64,000 nt of DNA from Chrysomallon squamiferum (Eukaryota > Animalia > Mollusca): positions 12,958,001 through 13,022,000 of the forward strand of contig CM022676.1 in the NCBI GenBank assembly GCA_012295275.1. The letters run 5' to 3'. Position 1 is the first letter of the stretch. Each line of letters begins with the position of its first letter. Made by a program: the position numbers and the translations under genes. This document shows positions 1 to 12,903 of this stretch, one piece after another. Below the pieces are notes generated by a model. The model made no database searches. It was not told the origin of the DNA and saw nothing but the letters and a program-made list of their open reading frames with translations.

Positions 1-589
1 AAGTGATCATTGTAAGCTGGTTTTAATTTCATTCAGCTAATTTGCTATATTACTTTTATTTACATTTTGTTCTAAACGACAAAATGATTCCGCTTCAGTT
101 TGGAGTTGGGTTTTGATACAAATAGAAAACGTAATTCAGAAGATAATCTTTTGTAGTTCTGATATCTCTACAGTCACTTTCTAATTTTTACGAATTAGAT
201 GCCTTAGATTAAATATATACAATTAAGTGATAAAATAATTTGTTGATTAATATTTAATATTTTGTTAGAAAAGTACATACATTAGATGTAAAATAATGAG
301 GTACTGACCTATTCATTAAACAGTCACCATGTAAACAGCTGTAGATTATTTGCTACATTCATGAATGTAATAAATGTTGTATACGTTTTGCTGAGTTAGG
401 GGAATGATGTAACCTACGACAAGAAATCTTCTCTCGTTTTATAAATACAAATATTTTATAAATAGTCACAAGATATGATTTTCTGACAAACAATTAAAAC
501 AAAAAAAATAAAAAAAAATAACATTCTTGTGAAATGTAATGAATAAAGTGAAATAAATATACAAAAAAATAGACACATTAATATAATGC

Positions 590-677
590 AGCGCTATAGA
601 AACGTGACACAATAAGTTAACCTAGATAGACGACACTCGTGTACCCGCAAGAAACAAGTTTAGTCACAACATTCACA
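590..677 (+). promoter_or_regulatory. Conserved promoter/5'UTR cassette preceding leader exons
   Basis: GCGCT..TAACGTGACACAATAAGTTAACCTAGA..CTCGTGTACCCG(C/G)AAGAAACAAGTTTAGTCACAAC recurs at ~955, 13710, 16778, 28092, 29580, 29825, 31725 and partly 37208. Confidence 0.65.
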
Positions 678-732
678 ATGGCGCCATTGAGATATGTACT
701 AGTTTCTGTCATGATTGTTATATGTAGTACAG
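678..732 (+). CDS. Leader (signal peptide) exon A1, MAPLRYVLVSVMIVICST-G
   Basis: 55-nt ATG exon ending G|GTAAGT, hydrophobic, preceded by the conserved promoter cassette. Confidence 0.8.
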
Positions 733-1326
733 GTAAGTTTCATTCATTTATTTTTTTATTTGGTTATTCATTTATTTATTTATTCATTTGTATTATTCAG
801 ATTTATGCCGGTTAGAGCTGGTTATTATTATTATTATTATTATTATTTAGTTATTCATCTTGTTTATTTATTTCTATTATTTTTTATTTTAGTCTTGACA
901 AGAATGAGATTTTTATACCTTAACCGAGATAGAAGTAGACGCTTTATTACAGTGAGAGCGCTGAAGTAATAACGTGACCGAGTAAGATAACCTAGATAGA
1001 CTGGCTATAACTTGAAAGAAACAAAGTAAATCACAACATACACTATGGCGATAGCGGGATACATACTTGTTTCTGCTTCGATTGTTGGCTGTTGTTTAGG
1101 TAAGTTTTATTGTTACTATTTAATTCATACATAGAAAGAAATATGTTAGATATTACCGATAAAAACTGTGTACTGAAAAGTTATTCAGTCTGTGCCCTGG
1201 TTAAAACTAGTTTGGTGTATATTATTTAAACTGCACGTCGTCTCTGTGAAAAGTGAATGAATCGGACTATGAAGTCCCATAAACTGTAAGGAACGTTAAA
1301 CATATCAGATTTGCGACGTATATTTT

Positions 1327-1388
<62 letters not shown>

Positions 1389-2655
1389 TTATGTAATAAA
1401 TATATAAATAATAGAAAGAGATGCGATTAAGATTTTGTTTCATTTCGAGTGCTGTGTTCTACAGTGATAGTAAAATGTATAGTGACAGCTAGTATAGTGT
1501 TATAATGTTACAGCTCATTGATACACTGATTATGAAAAGTCTTGTATGTGATGTAAATGTTTTAAATGTATACTCTGTTATTAGGAGATGTACGTCCTTA
1601 TATTAATGTTGAATATTGTTATCAGTGCAGTTGCATAATTACACTGTACAGCTATCTGAATTATCCATTTCTTCATTTGTTCCTCAAAGTGAATGTTTCT
1701 TATGTTTATATATTTATGTATAATTATTTACCTATATTGGTAATTAATATAAGCTAAATTGTACTAACAATTAATCACTTGCAATACCATTTAAAGAATA
1801 TTTTAGTCAATATTTTATGTGACAGAGACAAGAAGTATTATTTTTGTAGAAGGAAAGAGCTAATTTTCTATAACAAATGAAAAGTAACTAAACTGACTGT
1901 ACTTCATTCAGTTTTATCTAATTTATCGTGAATGAAGTTGATGTTTTTATACTATTAATTAATTAAAAGACTGAAAGACATAGACAAATTCCCCGTAGGA
2001 AAAAAATAAATAAATAAAGACTCACGCTTGGATTATATTTCACATAATGGAGTTGTCGGAAATGATCTACTGAAATACTTCAAATTGTTACTCTATAAAT
2101 GATCTTCGACAAAAAAAATCATTGAATAAATAAGAGCAAGAAAACATATCTATTGCAAAATGTATATAACAGTTATTCTTATCACTCTTGCAATCCGGAC
2201 ACCATTTGTAATATATATATAATTTTGTTTTCCGTGAATAAAATTCCTTGTTCAAACTAAAGTAATGTACGTAACACTATATCAAGTGGAATTATAAGAT
2301 AACCAATCTTATAATTATATAACAGCACATAACACATTAAAATCAAATTGATATACGTACTCTTACACTGTTCTTTATTCAGAACATTTTGTATCCTTAT
2401 AATATCTGGTTTCAGTTGACAGTTATCACTGTAGTGACCAGTTAGTACAGTGTGTAATGAATGATAATTAAAATCGTTATTTCACAACTATGTGAACCAC
2501 TAAATAATTCAAAATTCTAGAGGACTGTATGGTAGTATACGTGCAAAATACATCGTATTATGTGAGGTTGAAGGCCGAGTACATTGGAAAAATGTTAGAC
2601 ACTGAATATCTGAAACAATTAACATGCGGTTTGAATTGTTTTAGTGAAGAACAGA

Positions 2656-2715
<60 letters not shown>

Positions 2716-5700
2716 GAAAAAAAATAAAAAAAAACTCTATTTAATGTTTTCAAATCTCCATTTTTTTTTTTTTAAATGTATTCATTTATTATTTAATTTT
2801 TTTTCCGTACAGGTGTTTCACTGAAGATATCTGGTTCTTTGTCTTATGCAGTGTTCAATGAGAAATTTACATTTACTTGTTCTGTGTCACAGGCTGCTGG
2901 TCTTAGTGACCTGGCACTATTTTATAAAATAAAAGAAGGAAAACAGATTCAAATGGGTGCTTTACGACAGACTGTTGATACTTGTTCTTTATTCGGTCGT
3001 ACTCCTGGCTACACTCCAGTGTGTGGAGAAGGGACAGACGCTGGATCATCAAGTGTAAAGAACTACACACTGACCATAAACAGAGCTTCAGCTGATGATG
3101 AAGCACTCTGGTGGTGTCAACTGTTTCCAGCTTTAAAGAAGAGCAACAGTTTTACTTTACCTGTTTACTGTAAGTAATTATCATACTAATTAATCATTTT
3201 AAAAGTACAATGTTAAACATTAAACTAAATAAAATGATATTAATTTGTGTGCGTGTAACATCAAGTAAAATTACATTTCCATACGTAGACTGTAGATAAC
3301 GTTTATTAAATACTATTCTAATTTTATTATTTTAGATGGTCCAGACTCTGTTACACTCAGTTTAACATCACCTGTTGCAGTGGTAGAAGGACACAGTCTC
3401 AGTGTTGACTGTGTTGCTGTGTGTAAGCCAAGCTGTTCCTACTCGTGGAAGCTGGGAAATGATGAACTCACATCAAACTCTCAACTGAGACTGACAAACA
3501 TCAGCAGGAATGAAGCAGGAAATGTTTACACGTGTACAGTGACAAACTCTGAAACAAAACAGTCTGAAAGTAACACTCTAACACTGACTGTCTTCTGTGA
3601 GTTACTCAGATTTTTCTTTGATATTATTGACATCGTTAAAATTTAACAGATAGCATTTAAATCAGTATAAGTCTAAAACAAAAGAGACAAAAAGTAACCA
3701 GTTCACACTGACAGCTTATTGTGAGCTATATTTTTAAATATTATTTAGTTTGTATTAAAATATCTATTTAATTTTGAGTCTCGTTTTCACTAGTATTAAA
3801 TTACAGTAACAACACCAAAACAAAACAGTCTGAAAGAAACAACTTCAGACTGACAATTTACTTTGAGTTATTCAAGTTTCATTGCAAAACATGAATGTTT
3901 AATAGTATTTACCTCTAATTAACTGAACTTAATGGAGTATTGATTTTAATCTCTTCTTGTTTTAAATTTAAATGCAAAGCTTAGTTAATTGTTACAATAT
4001 TAGACTCAATAATTTCTGTAATACATAACAGTGCTTTTGTCACATTTATTATTATTATTAGTAGTAGTAGTATTAGTATTAGTATTAGTAGTAGTAGTAG
4101 CAGCAGTAGTAGTAGTAGTATGTTTTGTTTTTGTCACAGTTAAATATTCTTGAATTTTGTTTAATAGTGTAAATTACGTATTTCAAAAAGTTATAAATTA
4201 TAGACTAGGAATAAACATACGTAATATTAAGTATAAGAAAAAAGTGGAACAACGTGAATAAGAAACCTTATGATGGGAATGCTAATCATAATTACATGAA
4301 GATAAGAAAAGTATACATAATTGGAACAAAAATAAAACGAATAAATTAAATATGCTTAAGAGAGATCTAATCAGAAGATATTAATTAACTTCATTAAATA
4401 AGCAGCAATGAGAAGAACAATATTTTTGTGATTAAGTAATAAATTTAATTGTTATATTTTATTTAGTTTTTTTCTTTATATACTTTTATATTAATAATTA
4501 ACCAATTAATAAATTATTTGTCTTGTTTATGACATCAGATAAATATATGTGTTTTTGGTGCAAATGAAAATATTCCCAATCTCTTACTGCTTTCAACAAA
4601 ACAGTCGCCTTCCAACATTCATAAAAACAGTCTACAGTTATGTCAAGAGCAGTAAGAAGAAAATCACAGAAATCAGACGTGATATTGCTCGTACGAGTTT
4701 ATGCCGAAACTATAATACATTTTGCAAACGTAAAGTGTAACAAATTACTGATTTGCTCTTTCATTTCCAGATCCACCGAGTTCATCTCCAGTTGTTTCGG
4801 GAACAACGTTTCCTGTGTTTGAGGGTGACACTGTCACACTGGACTGTTCTACGACTGGTGGAAACCCGAAACCAAATCTGAACTGGATATGTTATAATCC
4901 TGTACACTGCTCTGACAGAGAAGAAACCAGAACGTGTACAATATCTTTCATAGCTAACAGGACTCAGAATAACAAAGTGTGTGAGTGTATTTCTAGTTGG
5001 AAGTATGGCGTCTACAACTGTGGAAAAAGCAGAAGCTTGACTATTTATTGTAAGTGAATTTTATATTGTTTGTAATTGATACACATATCAATATATATTA
5101 CTGGCTAAGTTCAGAATGTTCAGTCGTTGGTTATTGTTGTGGATTAAAATACATAAATACATGCAATTCAACGATTACAACTTGAAATATTTACGTGTAA
5201 AAACAAATATTGTAAGTTAATCTTGAATATCTACTTCAACTCGGTGTTTAGTGTTAGCCATACTTCATGATAAATATATACTTCAATGCATTTGTTTACA
5301 GTAAGATATACTTAATCCTAAATATATATTTCAACTGAATGTTTATTGTAAGTTATTCTTCAAGTTAAATACCTACTTCAAGGTTGTATATATATATTTC
5401 AATTCATACTTAAATATATACTTCAGCTGAACGTTTACTGTAAGTTGTATATCAAGTTAGATATCTACAAGTTAGATATCTACATAACTGCACTGTTTAC
5501 TGAAAGTTATACTTCAACTTCAATATTTACATCATTGAGTATTTACCTTGAGTTATACTTCATGTTAAATATATACTTCATTACATACTTCAGTTCAAAT
5601 TTTGTTATCCTTAAAATTAGATATATACTTTATTGTACTTCAGCTTTAAAATCTACTTCACTTCAATGATCAGTACAAGTTATACTTCAGATTGAATATC

Positions 5701-8700
5701 TATTTCAATACATGATCGGTGTAAGTTATTCTCAAACTCATGTTCACTATAAGTTGCAGTTCAGATTGAATATTAACTTAAGCTCAGTGTTTTCTGTAAA
5801 TTATCTTCATGATTATTCGTCTCCTTCAGTCTAACTATAAATTGTTACAGGTGTTGTTCAATCTCCAATTGTTATTTAATTGTTGTTTTTGTTTTACCAA
5901 AGTACTGTTTCAGTCATGTGCTTTTCCTGTAAATAATTGTCTCAGTAATGTATTGTTAAAATGTCTTGTGTACGTTACTTTGTTTATATTTTGTTTAGAT
6001 TATCCTAGAATTACAATATCTTTATCACAATCAAATCCTGTAAAGGAAGGTTATGATTTGACCTTGACCTGCACACCAGACAGCAACCCCAGCTCTGTTC
6101 AACTCAAGTGGAAATTTGAGGGAGATATTCAAGTAAATAATGGAATACTAGACTTGAAAAACCTCAGTAGAGATAATTCTGGCAGTTACACATGCGAAGC
6201 AAATGTAAAAGCCAGTATCCATGGAGATCTGTTGAACTCGTCTGAAACTAAAGTTAATGTCAATTGTAAGTCTTGCCTTAACATTGTCACTGTAATATAA
6301 TTACTGCAGTTATATGAATAACTGAGATATTGAGATTTTAAGTTGTAAGAGAAGGCAATATCTGAAATGTCTAATTTTTTTAAAATTAATTAAATTACAG
6401 AAAAACTTTATCTGTATTTTACTTATTTCAGATGCTCCTGATGTCAGCTTCCCATCTGAAAATTTAACAGAAAACATGTTACTAAAAATAAACTGTTCTG
6501 CTGATGGTCGTCCTGACAACATGAACTTCTCAGATTTCAAACATTACTGGAATGACGTGCTTGTTAGAAAAGTGACAGGCAGACATGTTGGACGTAACAA
6601 ATACAGTTTGATGTTTGTTTCTGCTTCGTATCAGGACAGTGGAACATACCAGTGTAGTGTGCACAACGGGATTCCTGACAGAAGTGGAACTTTGGAACAG
6701 ACTGGCTACAGTGTTGTTTATGTTAAAGGTAAAAGAAAGGATTAATTATTATGTTTCATGTAATTTTTAGAGGTATTTAAAAATATAATTTCTAGATATG
6801 CTGGTAGAATATAATTGAATAGTATTGAGTTTTATTCAAGATAAATTTTAAACTTTTTATTGATAGATTTTAGCATAATTTTCTTTTTCATTTATGTAAA
6901 CACTCACCACAACTTATCTACAGATTCTGTTCTCCATTATACACAATCAATTCGAATTTAAAACGTTTAAGTAAATGAAAAGAGATATGCTTAACATAAA
7001 TGTTGCATTTGTGACAAGGATTTTTATCTACGTTTATTAGTCACTTGTATTTTGGTCTTTTTGTTGCAAGCAAACTTATTCTGAACTTATTCTAAACATG
7101 TACGATATTTCTTCATGTAGATATTGTGACAACTGTATGACTTTTGGGGTATTCTAGCATTTTGTCTGATCCTCTGAGATTCCTATCAAATAATAAGCAA
7201 TAAGATCTCAGAAAAGAACAGTTTAGAAATATTAGTCAAGCAGTTTCTAAGATGAGTTGCTGATCAATTGATTTTTTTATAAACGGAAAAACTGGTATAT
7301 TTCATGATTTCTGTTATAATTTATGTTAGATTAACATAATTATTTGAAAATGATTTTTCATTTCTAAAATATTGATTCAAAAATAAAAAAGTCTTTGTTG
7401 ATTAAAACATGAGAGTCATATATAATAATATAAAAGTATCAGTGAAAAGCAAATTTTTCCTTTTAAATGTATAGCATGTGTTACAGCTCACTTATAATAT
7501 GGATTTACATGTTATTGTTTATATTATAACTAATTATATGAATGTTGTGTCAGTGGTTTAAAACATTATATATATATATATATATTTCATATTTCAGCAA
7601 AACCAAAGATCACTATGGAAACTAATCATGACATTGTGAGAGCTGAAACTGGAAAGCCACTTTTATTAGTAAAAACTGTGTTTTGTGATCCCACTATGAA
7701 CAGTTATACCTGGAAGAAATCTGACAGTGAAACAAGTTTTAATAATATGAATGTTGAGGAGAGAAATGTCACACTGAAAATTCACGGCAAACTGATTAAA
7801 GACTCAGGATACAGAATTTCACTGAAAATCACAAACTTCACACAAGATGACACTGGAACGTACAAACTGACTGTCTGTAATGAAGTTGGATGTTCTCAGT
7901 TTTCTGTGAACCTAACTGGTGTAGGTCCAACTCTTCCTCCTAAAGAGTTCCAAAAAGAAAGAGAATCAACATCAGACACAGTGTTCTTGTCATGGCTACC
8001 TAACTACCCAGGTGGTAATTTCAAACAAAGATTTATACTGCAGTACAAACCACAAAGTGACTCTAACTGGATTACTTGGACAAGTAAATGGTTTGATGAC
8101 TCAACACAAGGACAGAAAATATTTTTTAACATCACCAATCTCAAAGAGAAAACAGTTTATGATGTGAGAATCTCAGCTGAAAACACGAGAACTTCAGATA
8201 ATATGAGCAATTATGTCACCATTCAAGTAACTACAAAAGGTCATTTAACATTTTCTATTAATATTATAATTTTTAAGATAATATTCCACCCACGAAAGAA
8301 ACCCTATATAATTGAAACTTAAATGAATACTTTGATACATGTGTATTCAGTGCAAATGCAGGGTTCGAATTTTACCACAGCACCGATGGTTAATGGCTGC
8401 TTTGCCTCTTTGCTTTTCCAACAATCCCATTGGATGGATTGGCATTACAGACTATACATTGGACATATACCGGTTTCCCTTTCTGACATTGGTCTATCCA
8501 GAAGCTCTAGCTGAGCTGACTTCACGAAACCGATCACTTGGATATTATCTGGTCCTCCCTAATACAGTAACTGCAACGGGCACGAGAAAGTCGTGCAACT
8601 GGTAATAATGACGATTTATCCTTACTTTGCCCACTTAATGCCTTCCTTGGGTGAATAGCTTAGCAACTAGATGAACCTTCCCGATAATCAGTTTCCCGGG

Positions 8701-10001
8701 AAAAAAAGCTGGTTGAAAAGCTCTGTACTGCCTGAGCTTTGTGAATTAAAACGTAGTCATCTGCCGCTATGCCTGTATCCTGTCATTTTGATATCCCGAT
8801 TCTCCAGATGAATACGTAACCTATCTAGTAACCCATTTTAATGTCCTATAAGATCGACAATTGACTAAACCTTGTATCTTATTCTACCTGATGAGAAGCC
8901 ACCGATTTATCAAACAATCCTGATTTCTTAGCCTCGAACTCCCTATAAGACAGACCACGTGTTTTCTTTAATTCGCTATTCTTTAAATGATAATCCTCAG
9001 GCTGCAACTCATACGCCTGTGATACTGCAGCCCTCTCAGCACCCACTGAGTTATAGGCTAAGCTGGCCTTTCCCTTAAATCTCGACACAGCTCACAACGT
9101 CCATTTAGACAGCGGACAATTTAGTTGCTTTGCGACCCGTTCAAAAAGTTGGAAGTACAGGCACTGACCTTTACCTTGCCTGTTGTCTAGCTTGCTCTGC
9201 ATTCAACTTTAACTCGTGTTCCCTCTCGAATGATTCAAATAAACGTAAGTTTGATAAGTTAGTGGCTATACTGAAACTTGGCAAAGTGGTCACGTGGTCG
9301 CTACAACATCTGAATGAATGTTAATGTGTTGTGTGATTATTGATTGAATGCACTGAAATAATGAACTTCCCCGGGCTGATCCCTGCAGATTATTCATCCA
9401 AAATCATCTGAATGCTAATACAAATAGGTTAATGATAACTCCTATTTAGATAATGAAATAATCATGCTATCAGTTCATGACATGTTTGTTATATGGCTCA
9501 GTCGAAAAAAGATTGTGCCCAATTCATGTCATGTCAGATTTATCATAAGGTGATACAACTGGTACATTTGAAGGGTGTGTCTGGTGTACGTTTAACACAG
9601 CAAACTGGAGGTAATATTCAGGCTGCAATTAGCAAGTGATGAATAACATTACCATTTAGCTAGGATAGACATTAATAATTGAAAAACAATAGTCAGCAAT
9701 AAATAAACAATGACAATCAATCCTAGTCTTTCATCATCAAATGCTTCTCGAAAACTTGATAAAAGTTGTCTTCGTGCTTCCACTTTCGGTAAATGTTTGC
9801 CTTCCTGCCCCTCTAACGTGCTTTGCACTCAATAAATAAATAAATAAAATTCAATCCCTGCAAATTGCAGTCAAATGTTTATGACTAGCTCTTGCACTGT
9901 AGTGAGTTAGTTCATATTTAGCACCATGATATCGTAGCATATTGTATATTATTATAAATATGTGCAATAAAATATAATAATAATAATAATAATAATATTA
10001 C

Positions 10002-10053
<52 letters not shown>

Positions 10054-11052
10054 TTTATTTTTATTATTAGTATTATTAAAAAGTTAAATAAATGTTTTCA
10101 TGTCTATTACACAAGAATGAAAAGTTAAGTACTTTATATTTGGTATTCCAATGATAACTGAACATGTATTTTTCCAGACATAATCTTTTATATTTATCTA
10201 TGTTTTTTTATCAATTATATCTTTAGAAGAGCAAAATGGTATTATACTTTACAGTTGTTATTTATCTATTACAGCTTCAGAAGAACAGAGTGGTTCTAGT
10301 TCTCTGCTTGGTGCAGCTGTAGGAGGAGCTGTTGGTTCTGTGACTGTCATTGTTGTCACAGTGACACTGATTGTGTTACTTAGAAGACGTGGACCATTTT
10401 CAAACAAATCTGGTATCTTATTTGACTGGCTTTAAATGTCTGTAAACTAAACAATAACAGTAATTGTTTTGTAAGTTATTTTGTTCTTTCTGAACTCCTC
10501 AATGGGATAATGTATATCTTTCCATTTTTACCTTTCACAATAAGATATAGTAATATCAGATGAAATTATGTAATTTTATTAATATTAGTAGTACTAGTAG
10601 TAGTTGTAGTAGTAGTGACTAATATTGTTTTTTATTACAGCTGTGTGTTTACACAATGGAGAATGTAGTAATGTTTACTCTATCAATTTCTGAATTTTGT
10701 TATCTTTACAGTTATGGAACATCCTAGACCAGTTACAGACCAAACATACGAAGGACTTCAACAACACAGAGAAACTACTGAATACTCAAGAATTGAGATG
10801 TACGAAAATCTGAGACAAACCGGTAAAACAGTTATAACATGTTTTTCGTTATATGAGTAAACCTATCTGTTAACCATAAAGACAAATACAAATGTTATTT
10901 AATTTAATTTTTATTCTTTTAATCAACTGACAGATGCTGGATCTCACACTGTAACAGCTGACCACACGTATGAAGGTCTGCAAGAAAACAGAGAAGAACA
11001 ACAATACACCAAACTGAACCTGTATGAAAATTTGAAGAAAAGTGACAAATGA
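678..11052 (+). CDS. Gene A: type I membrane Ig-superfamily receptor (SP - V-like Ig - 5 further Ig - FN3 - TM - two ITAMs), ~841 aa
   Basis: Exons 678-732 (or 1045-1099), 2813-3169, 3336-3596, 4771-5049, 5999-6265, 6432-6728, 7598-8239, 10275-10412, 10712-10822, 10934-11052. All introns are GT-AG and phase 1; the joined CDS is 2526 nt, open, ending TGA 11050-11052; AATAAA near 11164. Confidence 0.85.
1045..1099 (+). CDS. Alternative leader exon A2, MAIAGYILVSASIVGCCL-G
   Basis: Second 55-nt paralogous ATG exon with intact G|GTAAGT and its own upstream cassette (~955-1044). Confidence 0.72.
2813..3169 (+). CDS. Gene A V-like Ig exon (V1)
   Basis: 357 nt, AG/GT phase 1; FTFTC...YTLTIN...DDEALWWC pattern; three paralogs downstream. 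Confidence 0.9.
3336..3596 (+). CDS. Gene A Ig exon 2 (C2/I-set like)
   Basis: YGPD...VDC...YSW...LRLTNISRNEAGNVYTC; 261 nt, phase 1. Confidence 0.9.
4771..5049 (+). CDS. Gene A Ig exon 3 (C2-like)
   Basis: EGDTVTLDCSTTGGNPKPNLNW...ANRTQNNKVCEC; 279 nt, phase 1. Confidence 0.9.
5170..5830. repeat. Degenerate ~40-bp minisatellite-like tract, paralogous to 41390-41900
   Basis: Recurring TGTTTA(C/T)TGTAAGTTA..CTTCAAGTTAAATAT.TACTTCAA units; the paralogous spurious ORFs 5445 and 41513 are near-identical. Confidence 0.65.
5999..6265 (+). CDS. Gene A Ig exon 4
   Basis: EGYDLTLTCTPDSNP...W...LDLKNLSRDNSGSYTC; 267 nt, phase 1. Confidence 0.9.
6432..6728 (+). CDS. Gene A Ig exon 5
   Basis: INCSADGRP...YQDSGTYQCSVHNGI; 297 nt, phase 1. 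Confidence 0.9.
7598..8239 (+). CDS. Gene A exon encoding the membrane-proximal Ig domain plus fibronectin type III domain
   Basis: DDTGTYKLTVCNEVG then P..P...VFLSW...FILQY...NLKEKTVYDVRISAEN (FN3 signature); 642 nt; donor GTCATT is weak. Confidence 0.88.
8340..9300 (-). mobile_element. Degenerate Gypsy/Gmr1-like LTR retrotransposon fragment (gag region)
   Basis: Higher GC island; KGKA...AYELQPEDYHLK..ELKK..GLSYREF...LFDK resembles the AYELVPEAYRQKF gag motif of SCAN-related Gypsy elements; boundaries approximate. Confidence 0.6.
10275..10412 (+). CDS. Gene A transmembrane exon
   Basis: ASEEQSGSSSLLGAAVGGAVGSVTVIVVTVTLIVLL-RRR stop-transfer; 138 nt, phase 1; absent from the ORF track. Confidence 0.85.
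10712..10822 (+). CDS. Gene A cytoplasmic ITAM exon 1
   Basis: VMEHPRPVTDQT-YEGL-QQHRETTE-YSRI-EM-YENL-RQT; 111 nt, AG/GT. Confidence 0.85.
10934..11052 (+). CDS. Gene A terminal cytoplasmic ITAM exon 2
   Basis: DAGSHTVTADHT-YEGL-QENREEQQ-YTKL-NL-YENL-KKSDK*. Confidence 0.85.
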
Positions 11053-11400
11053 TATTAATTATTATAGTTTGCATTGTATACGTTTTTCTTACAGTGTGAT
11101 AGGCACTGCATTGTATCTACTAACACTTAGATTTCATGTTTTCTTTGGAAGAAGCTAAAATTCAATAAATAGAAATTAATTGTTTCATCAATTTATTTGC
11201 TGCTTGCGTTTTGATGTTGCAGAAAGAATCTAGTGTTTACATCAGAATACATTTCTAAAGAACTGTAAAAAAAACTGTAAAAAAAAAAAAAAAGAAGAGA
11301 ATACCAGTTATCAAAAGAATAATATTAATAAAGGAACTGAAAAGCAAACGTATAAACTTGACATAAAATAAATTCGTAACCAGAAAAATAAATTCATCTG

Positions 11401-11504
<104 letters not shown>

Positions 11505-12084
11505 AACTTTGTACCTCAGTGAATAAAAGAAACTATTAGTTACTTTTATTACAATGAAAATTCGGATGTATTTTCCAAGTTATTTAAGTAGTCTCTCTTA
11601 CAGTTTATGTGTTAAGTAAATCATTTTTTCTACTTCCTTTAGTATTTTCTCTTTGTTTTTATTAGTATTTACTTTTTGCTCATTTATCTTCTTCTAGATG
11701 TACTCTTTAATATGTTGTTGTTGAAACCTACTGAGATCGTATAATTAGAGTGGATCTGTTGAATTAATAATAAAAAAAAAAAACAGAATCGCTAATACTA
11801 CAGCTTCATCGTGTTTGTTGTTATATCAAAATATCAACAAATTATAATAATTATCGCAAATATTTAAGATCTATGTGAAAATATACAAATTAGTTCTAAC
11901 AACATTGTATATGGAAATATAATCAAACAAGTGTTTATATTAAACATAATTTCGATATATTGGTGGACAGTTTTGTGGAAATTCTGATTCGAGTGTATTC
12001 GAGTGCGCAACAATTCGTTCTTTAGGGATTTTAATAAATCCAAAATCAAGGTCCTTATCATTATCGTCATCCTATTTCTCAGAA

Positions 12085-12085
12085 A

Positions 12086-12167
<82 letters not shown>

Positions 12168-12611
12168 GTTATTGCTATTATTATTACTATCTGCATCATC
12201 ATTATCATCATTATTATAATTAAACATTAAAAGTGAAATAACTGTAATTTAATGGTTGACAATAATGTAAAATGTAGATTTTCTTCTGCCATTGTTAATT
12301 TAAATAAAATTATTGTATAACCTTTTAAACATAATAATACAGTATATGATAAAAGATAAAATGTTATTTTTTTATAAAATAGTAATAATTATGATACAGA
12401 ACATTTCAATTAAAACAACACTAGTTGTGTCCTTCCTGTACTGTACGTGACTAACAAGAAATAAACATTCAGTGAGTTCTGAAAGTGACGTAAACTTCCA
12501 ACATTTATCCAAAACTGTTTTTCTCATTTGTTCTTTTTTCTTCTTGTTTATCATTATTAACGATATAACAACAACTACTACTACTACTACTACTACTGTT
12601 TCTATTACTGT

Positions 12612-12646
<35 letters not shown>

Positions 12647-12775
12647 TTACTACTACTGTTACTACTACTACAACTACTACTACTGTTATTACTACTACTA
12701 CTGTTACTACTGCTACTACTACTCCTACTACTGCTACTGCTGTTACTACTTCTACTACTATTAGTATTACTTGTG
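12085..12775. repeat. (AAT)n/(ATT)n and (ACT)n microsatellite tracts
   Basis: Direct reading; source of the poly-I/V/T ORFs. Confidence 0.9.
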
Positions 12776-12903
12776 TCGAAGATAGATAATATTGTCTGTG
12801 TTTAATGAAAAACCCTGTCATCTAAGAAACTGTTTCTTTAGATGTACTTCTTTTGCGTGTACTAACTAAAGATATTTCATTAACGGACTAATTTATGTAT
12901 ATG

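Noticed and set aside
2903-3106. Antisense ORFs conserved at 2903 and 34268
   Set aside because: Shadows of the duplicated V exons.
5445-5669. Duplicated ORF MYIKLDIYKLDIY (also 41513)
   Set aside because: Intronic repeat tract copied with the gene; no ATG start, splice context or domain.
11864-12821. Poly-Ile/Val/Thr ORFs (also 2529, 27753, 30679, 32238-32929, 36546)
   Set aside because: Translations of microsatellites, not genes.
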